Positions 1-9,000 of a DNA stretch of 34,687 nucleotides are shown here, piece by piece. The notes beneath the pieces were generated by a model, which made no database searches, was not told where the DNA came from, and was given only the letters and a program-made list of their open reading frames with translations. Position numbers and translations under genes: made by a program. Source of the DNA: an uncultured Methanosarcinales archaeon (lineage in GTDB: Archaea; Nanobdellota; Nanobdellia; Woesearchaeales; CAXGTL01); the NCBI GenBank assembly GCA_964535955.1, contig CAZHVK010000014.1, positions 1-34,687 of the forward strand, written 5' to 3'. Positions within the stretch are counted from its first letter, which is position 1. The number at the start of each line of letters is the position of its first letter.

Positions 1-2
1 AA

Positions 3-467
3 ATAAGAAGGCAAAAAGAAGCAGAAGTTTTGTTTGAAGCAATGCATACTGGTCATAGTGTTTATGGTACAATACACGCAAATAATGCAAGAGAAACTGT
101 CATTAGATTAACAAATCCTCCTATTGATATTCCTAAATTAATGCTGCCTGCATTGAATTTGATTTTAGTACAGCATAGAAATCGGCGTACTGGTGCACGT
201 AGGTCATTACAGATTGCAGAGGTTTCTGAATCAGGTGATCCTAATGTTTTGATGCAGTTAGATATTCATAAAGATACTCTTCTTAATAAAAATAAGTCAA
301 AGTCTATGTTTGGAACTATTAATCTGTACACAGGAATGGAAGAAAAAGATATTAGTAAGGATTTAGTTAATAAAAGAATGATTTTGAAAGATTTAGTAAA
401 AAAGAATATTAATGATATTCATAAGATTGGTTTGATTTTTGCTAAGTATTATGCAGATAATAAGTAA
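3..467 (+). CDS. Type IV pilus/secretion ATPase (CpaF/TadA/VirB11/FlaI family), 3' fragment; gene begins upstream of window
   Basis: Frame open from nt 3 (IRRQKEAEVLFEAMHTGHSVYGTIHA..), i.e. the region after Walker B plus the His-box (TGH..T.HA) of VirB11-type ATPases; RLTNPPI motif; followed by two TadC-like genes. Confidence 0.92.
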   Translation: MRRQKEAEVLFEAMHTGHSVYGTIHANNARETVIRLTNPPIDIPKLMLPALNLILVQHRNRRTGARRSLQIAEVSESGDPNVLMQLDIHKDTLLNKNKSKSMFGTINLYTGMEEKDISKDLVNKRMILKDLVKKNINDIHKIGLIFAKYYADNK

Positions 468-497
468 ATAATAACATCAAAAGGGGGTGTAAATTAG

Positions 498-1295
498 TTG
501 AGTCAGCTAAGCAGTATAATAGAAAGAATCTTTCCTAAACTTGAACACCATCTTATCTCAGCTAGATTGCCTTATTCTGTAGAGGATTATTCTAAAAGAA
601 TTGTGACAGGTACTGTCTTTATCACAAGCGTGTTTACTTTTTTTAGTTTCATGGTTTTAGGTATTTTGATAGGCTTTCTTACTTTTTTTGCATCATTGGT
701 TGGAAGTTTTTGGTTTTTTGGAAATTATCCTAAAGCTACAATTAAAAAAAGGGAGAAATCAATCAATAGAAATATCTTGTTTGCAGGAAGATACTTATTA
801 ATTAAGCTAGAATCAGGAGCACCATTGTTCTTGTCAATGATTGGTGTTTCTAAGTCATATGGTGAAGCTGGAAAAGCATTTAATGATATTGTGCAAGATA
901 TTAATTTTGGAGCATCTATTGATGGTGCAATAGACAAGGCAATCAAATATAATCCTTGTAAAAATCTGACCAGAATATTATGGGAATTGTCTAATTCAAT
1001 AAAAACAGGAACAGATATAACAAAATCACTTAATGCAATACTTGAACAGATTAGTTCAGAATATATAATTGAAATCGAAAAGTATGGAAGAAAGTTAAAT
1101 TCATTGGTATTATTTTATCTTGTCATGGCAATCATATTTCCTTCATTAGGTTTGACAATGTTTGTTGTTATATCTAGTTTTATTAATGTTCAGATACCTG
1201 GATTTATGTTTTATGTTGTTGGTGCTATGTTAGTATCAATACAATTATTTTTTATTTCATTGTTTAAAGCAGCAAGGCCTGCTGTTAATCTGTGA
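498..1295 (+). CDS. Type II secretion system F-family / TadC-like pilus platform membrane protein
   Basis: TTG start with GGGGGTG SD; N- and C-terminal TM pairs around a soluble domain (LESGAPL..F..IV.DI..G.S...A), typical of T2SSF/TadC; adjacent to ATPase. Confidence 0.88.
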   Translation: MSQLSSIIERIFPKLEHHLISARLPYSVEDYSKRIVTGTVFITSVFTFFSFMVLGILIGFLTFFASLVGSFWFFGNYPKATIKKREKSINRNILFAGRYLLIKLESGAPLFLSMIGVSKSYGEAGKAFNDIVQDINFGASIDGAIDKAIKYNPCKNLTRILWELSNSIKTGTDITKSLNAILEQISSEYIIEIEKYGRKLNSLVLFYLVMAIIFPSLGLTMFVVISSFINVQIPGFMFYVVGAMLVSIQLFFISLFKAARPAVNL

Positions 1296-1300
1296 TTCAC

Positions 1301-2326
1301 ATGAGAAAAATAAAATTATTAGAAAATTTTGGAAAAGCATTTTTGCCAGAACGGTTTAGACCATTTATTAGAAAGTATTTGCAAAAATCTGGTTTTTATG
1401 AAATTCCTTATACTATGTTTGGTGCCTTGTTTTGGGTATCTTCAATTATTACTTTGGGATTGTTTATTTATTTGTGGCCTGTGTTAAGTAAGTTTGCAAA
1501 AAATCCTATTTTTATGTTTTTTACTGTATTTGTAGGCTGGTTTAGTATTCATCTTGTGATTGCATTGATTATAATAGCTCTTATTTATTTTTATTTTGAT
1601 TTTATGATCTATAACAGGACAAAAGATATTGAAAAGGTTCTGCCTGACTTTCTTAATGTATTTTCTGAAAACCTGAGAACAGGAATGACAACTGATAAAG
1701 CTTTGTGGAGAGCTGTTAAACCTGAGTTTGGTGTGCTGGCTTCTGAAGTAAGGATTGCTGCTAAACAAGTTTTAACTGGAAAAGATATTGATATAGCTTT
1801 GACTGAGTTTGCTGATAAATATAATTCTCCTACATTAAATAGATCATTAAAATTGATTATAGAAGGGATGAAGTCTGGTTCAGAGATTGCCATTATTATT
1901 GATAAAGTTGTTGATGATATCAATAAAACCTCTGTTCTAAAAAAGAGAATGGCTGCAAATGCTTTTACTTTTATGATCTTTATTTCGGTGATTGTAATTT
2001 TTATTGCACCTGGACTTTTTGCATTATCACAGAATTTGCTAACAATTATTTCTTCATTTGTTGAAAATCTGCAGGCAAGTAATCTTGCAGCTGTTAACAT
2101 GCCAATAAAATTTGATACTGTTGCAATGGAGCCAAAAGATTTTGAAAATTTTTCTAGATTTGCCTTAATTGTAATTGCATTTTTTTCATCATTGATTGTG
2201 TCTATAATCAGCAAAGGCGAAATAAAAGCTGGAATGAAGTATATTCCTTTGTTTGTTATCTGCTCTTTGTTAAGTCATCTGTTCTTTGTGACTGTTTTGT
2301 CATTTGTGTTTGGAGGTTTGTTTTAA
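1301..2326 (+). CDS. Second T2SSF-family / TadC(TadB)-like pilus platform membrane protein
   Basis: IEKVLPDFL...NLRTGMT..KAL...PEFGVLA.E motif of T2SSF domains, several TM helices; start may be GTG 1292 or ATG 1301. Confidence 0.9.
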   Translation: MRKIKLLENFGKAFLPERFRPFIRKYLQKSGFYEIPYTMFGALFWVSSIITLGLFIYLWPVLSKFAKNPIFMFFTVFVGWFSIHLVIALIIIALIYFYFDFMIYNRTKDIEKVLPDFLNVFSENLRTGMTTDKALWRAVKPEFGVLASEVRIAAKQVLTGKDIDIALTEFADKYNSPTLNRSLKLIIEGMKSGSEIAIIIDKVVDDINKTSVLKKRMAANAFTFMIFISVIVIFIAPGLFALSQNLLTIISSFVENLQASNLAAVNMPIKFDTVAMEPKDFENFSRFALIVIAFFSSLIVSIISKGEIKAGMKYIPLFVICSLLSHLFFVTVLSFVFGGLF

Positions 2327-2736
2327 TGAAGCGTGCACAAACATTATCAATGGACTTAATGGTAGGAATCATGATATTTGTAGGAATGTTGATTGTTTTT
2401 TTTGGAATAATGATGTTTGTTGCTAAGCCGCCTGATGTTTCTGATCTTAATTCTGAAGGAGAACATATTGTAAAGACTTTGGATTCTGTTGAAATGGGTG
2501 TGATAAAAGAGAATCAGATAGATGATAAAGAACTGCAGGAATTGGTTAGCAAGGATTATGACGAACTTAAGAATGAATTAGGTATAAGAAATGAATTTTG
2601 TATATTTTTAGAAGATGAAGAAGGTAATGTAATTCCAATTGAAACAAAGGATGGAAGACTTGTTGCTGGTGTTGGTGATTCAAATGTTGAGATTGGTGTT
2701 GGTGTTGGTGGGCAGCAAATGCTTTGTGGTAAATAA
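2326..2736 (+). CDS. Pilin-like protein with class III signal peptide (136 aa)
   Basis: MKRA|QTLSMD followed by a ~20-aa hydrophobic helix; TAATG stop/start overlap with the upstream gene. Confidence 0.8.
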   Translation: MKRAQTLSMDLMVGIMIFVGMLIVFFGIMMFVAKPPDVSDLNSEGEHIVKTLDSVEMGVIKENQIDDKELQELVSKDYDELKNELGIRNEFCIFLEDEEGNVIPIETKDGRLVAGVGDSNVEIGVGVGGQQMLCGK

Positions 2737-2760
2737 AATAATTAGAATCATAATTAAATC

Positions 2761-2996
2761 AATAAAATAAAATAAAATAAAATAAAATAAAATAAAATAA
2801 AATAAAATAAAATAANNNNNNNNNNNNNNNNNNNNNNNNNNNNNNNNNNNNNNNNNNNNNNNNNNNNNNNNNNNNNNNNNNNNNNNNNNNNNNNNNNNNN
2901 NNNNNNNNNNNNNNNAATAAAATAAAATAAAATAAAATAAAATAAAATAAAATAAAATAAAATAAAATAACAAAATAAAAATAAATAAAAAATAAA
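2761..2996. repeat. (AAAAT)n pentanucleotide microsatellite spanning a 100-N scaffold gap (2816-2915)
   Basis: 11 perfect units on each side of the gap (2761-2815, 2916-2970), degenerate units to ~2996; true length unknown. Confidence 0.95.
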
Positions 2997-3006
2997 GGTG
3001 GTATAA

Positions 3007-3963
3007 ATGAAAAATATAAAAATCATTGAAAAGATTGTCTTGTTTGTTTTAGTAATAATGATGTTGGGAGTGGTTGTGAGTGCATTTAGTGCTTCTGATC
3101 CATGGCATCCTTTGCAACAGATTGTGAGGACTGATGATAATAGTGTGTCTGTTGATGCTGATGGAGATGGTGTGATTGATAATGCTGCACATGCTGTTAC
3201 TGCTACAAGTGCTGAGACTGCTACTACAGCGACTACTGCTACTACTGCACAGAATGCTGTGAATTTAGGTGATGTTGCTGCTAATCTTTATGCAAAAGTT
3301 GCTAATTTGCCTTGGATAGTGTCTGGTGATAATGTTTATAGAAGTAGTGGGAATGTTGGTATTGGTACACCAAGTCCTAATACTAAACTTACTGTTAATG
3401 GTCCTGTTAGATTAATGCCTCAGTCTTCTGCAACATGTGATGCTAATCATGAAGGAACTATCTATTATGATGCTGAAGATGACATGGTATATGTGTGTAA
3501 AAATTCTGCTTGGACAGAGTTTAGGGGGCCACAAGGTGAGCAAGGTATACAAGGTATTCAAGGTCCAAAAGGTGATAAAGGAGATATTGGTGCGACAGGA
3601 GCAACTGGCCCTGCAGGTGCAACAGGTCCACAGGGTGCAAAAGGTGATAAAGGAGATAAAGGAGATACTGGTCCAGCAGGTGCAACTGGTGCAACAGGTC
3701 CGGCAGGTGCAACAGGCGCAACTGGTGGAACAGGTCCGCAAGGTCCACAAGGTCCAGCAGGAACAGTTTCAACTTGTTATTATAACAGTAAGTCTTACAC
3801 TGTTGGTGCTGTATGTAAATTAAATTGTAAAAGAACTTCTGGTACGATGTGTTATCCTGATTATTTTTATGAGTATCAGGTCTGTAGAAGTACTGGTTGG
3901 GATTCAGGATCTAGATGCGTGACTCAGTCATGTACTTACGATCCTCCAACATGTGGCTCCTGA
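3007..3963 (+). CDS. Secreted collagen-like fibre protein
   Basis: GGTGG SD; signal peptide; DADGDGVID loop; Ala/Thr run; [25 protein letters not shown] fibre motif; 27 uninterrupted G-X-Y triplets (3526-3768); Cys-rich C-terminal domain. Confidence 0.88.
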   Translation: MKNIKIIEKIVLFVLVIMMLGVVVSAFSASDPWHPLQQIVRTDDNSVSVDADGDGVIDNAAHAVTATSAETATTATTATTAQNAVNLGDVAANLYAKVANLPWIVSGDNVYRSSGNVGIGTPSPNTKLTVNGPVRLMPQSSATCDANHEGTIYYDAEDDMVYVCKNSAWTEFRGPQGEQGIQGIQGPKGDKGDIGATGATGPAGATGPQGAKGDKGDKGDTGPAGATGATGPAGATGATGGTGPQGPQGPAGTVSTCYYNSKSYTVGAVCKLNCKRTSGTMCYPDYFYEYQVCRSTGWDSGSRCVTQSCTYDPPTCGS

Positions 3964-4069
3964 AATCAAATAAATAATATTCAAAATAAGAAAATAAAAA
4001 CATGAAAACAAATTCACTAACGTTCGTAGCATTCATTTTGAATGTTCATGAAAAATGGTGATATTCAAA

Positions 4070-6019
4070 ATGAATACAAAAACATTGATAGGAATCTGGA
4101 TTATGATGTTTGTAGTATTGAGTGGTTCATTTGTTTATGCATATTGTGTAGATTCAGATGGAGGCATAGATTACTCTAAAAGAGGAACTGTGAATTATGA
4201 TTTAAGAAGAAAAACTAGAGATTGGTGCTGGCCGTCTGAAAAAAGAGGCAGGGAATTAAAAGAGAATTATTGTTATGGTGGCAAAATTAGAACTACTGGT
4301 GTTAAGTGCACTTGTAGAAATGGTGTTTGTGTTGGAGTTCCTCCATGCAGAGATACAGACAAAGGTTTTGATCATACTGTGAAGGGTGTAATTTATATCT
4401 CTGGAAAAGAAAAAAATGCTGATTATTGTTTAAGTAATGGTAAATTAATGGAATTACATTGTAGAGGATCAGGTTATTCTAAAGAAAATAAAAAAGGTGT
4501 CAATTGTCCTTCTGGAACAGAGTGTAGAGATGGTGCTTGTGTAAAAATAGTATTTGATTTTGATGAAGATGGTCATAATGCAGAGAAATATGGTGGAGAT
4601 GATTGTGATGATAATGATGCGAATATAAAACCAGGTGCAACAGAAGTGTGTGATGGTGTTGATAATAATTGTGTAGGAGGAATAGATGAAGGTTTTAAAG
4701 ATAATGGTTTAACATGTTCTGCAAATACTGAATGTTGTTCAGATATATGTGATGTTAATTGTTGTTCTATTGCTTGTACTGAAAATGATGGTGCTTATGG
4801 AGATTCTTGTAATGGTGGTGATATTAAAACAGAAATAAGAGATTATTTTTGTGATGGTCAAGGTGGATGCACTTTTACATCAAGTTATAATTTAAAGGAC
4901 AATAATCAAGAATATAATTGTGAAGATACTGCTATTGATAGTGATGAGAATAATGGTGATGATCATATTTATGATGTAGGTGGACAATGTACTGATAATG
5001 AACTTTGTTCTGGTAGTGATTCTGCTTGCCCCTCTGCTGTTGTAAAACATGATACTTGTTCTGGTGGTTTGATAGATGCATTTTTAGGAAATGAAGAATT
5101 AACAGAATGGTTTGTACAAGATAATGATTGTGTAAGTGAAACTATTATTTGTGATGCTGAATTAAATGGTTGTGATCCTAGTGCATGTCCTGGTGATGAT
5201 TGTGTGTATAAAGATTATTTTTGTCATGAAGATGATGTTACTGAGAATGATTATTGTGGATTTAATGCAATTGATGTTGATGATAATAATGCTGAATATT
5301 GTGGTCAATGTAATCTTAACAAGATCAAAAGTAATGAAAAATCTGCACATGGTGATTACTCTGCTGATGACATTAGTGACAAGGTTGAAGAATGTTGTGG
5401 TGATGATATTGGTGAATTCTTTTCACTAAATATCTGCGATGATACTCCTGACAATGTTTTTGCATGTTGTGATAAAGCAACTGATTATGTCTATAAAGAT
5501 GGAACATGTGTTGATACTTATGATGATTGTAATGCTAATCCTACTGTTATGAAAAAACTTACAGCACCTAAAAAAATTAAAGGTGGTTCTGTGATTAATA
5601 TAATTCCAGAGGAAGTGTCTGATTATGATAATGATATTTTATCTATTTATTGCGCAGTTGGAATCATGCCTGTTACTATCAGTGATGGAAATCTGGTTAT
5701 TAATGTTGATCTTAATTCTGAATCATATTGTTCTCAAACCAATGTGAAGGATTATAATAATTTAATTTGTGAAGGTTTACGCATTCCTGCAAATAATAAG
5801 ATGAATAAAGTAAAATGTAAAATCTATGATGGAAAAGAATTGTCAAAAGATCTTGATGTTTCTATTAAATCTGATTCAAGTCCTCCTGTTGTTAAGATTA
5901 TAAAAAAAGAACCTGTTGGTGTGAGAAAGTTTACATTTTATAAGAAAGGACAAAAAAAGAAACCTATTGCTACTTCCCTAAATAAAAAACAAACACAAAA
6001 TAATCAAAATGAAGATTAA
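4070..6019 (+). CDS. Secreted Cys/Asp-rich surface protein (MopE-like metal-binding motif; partial paralog of the downstream giant protein)
   Basis: GGTGA SD before ATG 4070 (ORF open from 4055); signal peptide ending VYA; C.D[ST]D.G.D....G repeats; DCDDNDANIKPGATEVCDGVDNNC motif; Lys-rich C-terminal tail. Confidence 0.85.
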   Translation: MNTKTLIGIWIMMFVVLSGSFVYAYCVDSDGGIDYSKRGTVNYDLRRKTRDWCWPSEKRGRELKENYCYGGKIRTTGVKCTCRNGVCVGVPPCRDTDKGFDHTVKGVIYISGKEKNADYCLSNGKLMELHCRGSGYSKENKKGVNCPSGTECRDGACVKIVFDFDEDGHNAEKYGGDDCDDNDANIKPGATEVCDGVDNNCVGGIDEGFKDNGLTCSANTECCSDICDVNCCSIACTENDGAYGDSCNGGDIKTEIRDYFCDGQGGCTFTSSYNLKDNNQEYNCEDTAIDSDENNGDDHIYDVGGQCTDNELCSGSDSACPSAVVKHDTCSGGLIDAFLGNEELTEWFVQDNDCVSETIICDAELNGCDPSACPGDDCVYKDYFCHEDDVTENDYCGFNAIDVDDNNAEYCGQCNLNKIKSNEKSAHGDYSADDISDKVEECCGDDIGEFFSLNICDDTPDNVFACCDKATDYVYKDGTCVDTYDDCNANPTVMKKLTAPKKIKGGSVINIIPEEVSDYDNDILSIYCAVGIMPVTISDGNLVINVDLNSESYCSQTNVKDYNNLICEGLRIPANNKMNKVKCKIYDGKELSKDLDVSIKSDSSPPVVKIIKKEPVGVRKFTFYKKGQKKKPIATSLNKKQTQNNQNED

Positions 6020-9000
6020 TAAAAAGATAGTATGGATGTGGATGGTGATTTTGGTAGTTTTGAGTGGGTTTGTTTTTACTATTACATCTGGCCAAGAATT
6101 TCAAGTGGATGAGTTTTCTGGTGGTGAATCTGACCCAGTTATTTGGATGGATTCAGATGGTAATTTTGTTGTTACATGGGTGAGTGATGATCAGGATGAT
6201 GATAAGTATGGTGTTTATTCAAAAAGATTTGATTCAAATGGTGGTGAACTATCACCTGGAACTAATATTATAATTGATAATCCTGAAACAGACCAAGCAA
6301 CCGGTAATGAGTTTAGAGTCAATACTCATCATAAATGGAATCAATGGTGGCCAGAAATTGCAATATCTTCAAATGGTAATTTTATTGTAGTTTTTCAAGG
6401 GCAGGATATTAATAGTGTTTACTCTACTGGTATTTCCTCGGGAATTCTTGCGAAAAGGTATGATTCTAATGGTCAAGAATTAACTCCTCCTTCTGGAATC
6501 ACATTATCTCCTGCTCCAAGCGGCACTGTAAACAATAATAAAGAGTTTGTAATTAATAGTTATACTTCTTATGACCAATTATTTCCAGATATTGCAATGG
6601 ATACGAATGGAAATTTTGTTGTTGTTTGGCAGAGTAATAGTCAGGATGGAGATTATACTGGTGTTTATGCAAAAAGGTATAATTCTAATGGACAAGAATT
6701 AAATCCAGGTTCAAATGCAATCACAAGTACTGCACAAGGCAAAGAATTTAGAGTTAATACTCAAAATACTAATGATCAAGAAAAACCAAAAATTGCAATG
6801 GCTCCTAATGGTGATTTTGTAATTGTTTGGGAAAGTTATAACCAGGACGGCGGTGGTGATGGGATTTATGCAAAAAGATATTATGCAGATGGTAGAGAAA
6901 AAACACCTCCTAGTGGTGTAACAAGAGGGGAAGGTAATGAATTCTTAGTTAATACAAAAACTTCTGGTAATCAAAGATCTCCTATTATTGGAATCGCACC
7001 AAATGGAGATTTTATCATTGTTTGGGATAATACTTATGCAAAAATGTATTATGCAGATGGTAGAGAAAAAACACCTCCTGCTGGTTCAGAAATTGTTCAA
7101 GGTAATGAGTTTAAATTATCAGCAAAGAAAATTGCATTTGATTCACAAGGTAATTTTATAACAATTTCAACTAAACTTTTTGACAAACCAACTGGAGGTC
7201 AGGCTCAGTATATAGTAGCGCAGAGGTATGATGCAAATGGAGATAAAGTTGGTGCAGAAATTAAAGTAAATAATGATCCTATCTCATGGAGTGCAACTGG
7301 TTGGGGTTTGGATGTTACTATGGAATCTCTTAATGATTTTACAATTGTTTGGGAATATCCTCAAGGTGGGATTTTTGTGAATAAATATGTTCTAAATCAA
7401 AACCCTGGCACTCCTTGTGGTGATGATATTGTATGTACATCAGGAATATGCGATGAACATTGTTGTTCATCAGAATGTCCTGAAGATGGATGGCATTGTG
7501 ATGGTGATTTTGCAGAACGAAGAGAATATTTTTGTGATTCATCAGGAGCGTGCGACTATACTTTTAGTAGTAGAACAGATTGTAATCAAAATGATCAAGC
7601 ATCTGGAGGTTATTTTTGTTCAGATGGAGATATAAAACAAAATTATAAAGATGGTTATTGTGATGATTCAATAAATTATTGTAAGACTCAAGATACTCAA
7701 ATACTTATTGATGATTGTGATTCTGATACTGCTACAGATACAGATAGTGGTAAAGATTATACAACTGGGGGATCTTGCATAAATAAAGAACCTTGTACTT
7801 ATCACACAACTTGTCCTAATCCTGTAACAACTCCTGATAATTGTATATCAACTAACACTCTTTATGAAAGGTTTGTTTTGAACAATGATTGTAGTTTTGA
7901 ATCTTTTCAATGTTCTACACTTAACAGTTGTTCTGGTGATTGTCCTGGATGTGTGTATAATGAGTATTCTTGTTTTAATACTAATGAAGATTATTGTAAA
8001 CCAGAAGCAAAAGATCCGGATACAGATTCTTCTTATTGTAATTCATGTTTAGGAGATAATAAGTGGGATGTGGGAGGAGATATCTCATCTGGGTGTTGTG
8101 GAGATGATTCTAGTGAATTTTATTCACCGAATAAATGTGATGGTGTTGGTGTTGATGTTAATGCTTGTTGTGATAATGAAAATGATTTTGTAAATAAAGA
8201 TGGCCAATGTGTTGAACAATGCTGTGAATGTGAAATAGATGGACAATGTCATCCAACAGAAACAGGTAAGAGATGTAATGGATGTGATTATATTGGTGTT
8301 AATGATATTCCTGTTGAATTGACATGTGATGGTATTGATGAAGATTGTGATGGTAATTTTGATGAAGGTGTTATAAATACTTATTATCAAGATAATGATG
8401 ATGATAATTATGGTGACCCTGTTGCAGATCCATTAACATCTTGCGGTGTTATACCTAGTTCTAGTTATTCACGAAATAATATGGATTGTAATGATGCTGA
8501 TGAAGACATCTACCCAAATGCACCTGAAGAATGTGATGGTAAGGATAATGATTGTAATTCAGAAACTCCTGACATATGTGCGCCTGAGATGGGCAGTGTG
8601 ATTATCCAAGAAGATGTTGATAAAGTAATTATCCTACAAGAGGATACTTTTAAAATATTGCCTGGTTCTAAAGTCACAATCATACCACAAGCTGTTGCTG
8701 ATAATAATGGTGATACATTGTCAATGTATTGTAAACTAGATGTTGATGGTGATTATGTGCCTGTTCCTGTAGATAAATGCTCTGGTGATGTTGCTTATTC
8801 TGAAACAGAGGGTTATTCTGATCTAGAATGTGTTGATTTTTCAATATCAGGTGATGATGGTAATCATGAACTAAGTTGTAAATTATATGATAATCAACTG
8901 TATTCTGAAACACAGACAGTATCAATCATAATTGATTCAGCGCAGCCAGAAATACAAGATTATGTATCTGCGCCAGATGGATTGACTGTGTCTAAATTAG

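Noticed and set aside
1..2326. Archaellum (flaI/flaJ) operon
   Set aside because: Two separate TadC-like genes, no FlaH and no archaellin-type N-termini; fits a pilus system better.
2761..2996. Possible CRISPR array
   Set aside because: Pure 5-bp tandem repeat with no spacers; no cas genes in the window.
2680..3026. Minus-strand (FYFIL)n ORFs
   Set aside because: Translation of the AAAAT microsatellite and N gap.
3770..3963. Possible diversity-generating retroelement target at the collagen protein C-terminus
   Set aside because: No reverse transcriptase and no adenine-mismatched template repeat seen in the window; cannot be excluded elsewhere in the genome.
5900..6080. Frameshift joining the ~650-aa and 3311-aa ORFs
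   Set aside because: The downstream ORF has its own ATG and signal peptide and the two are paralogs; an 11-nt overlap is ordinary translational coupling.
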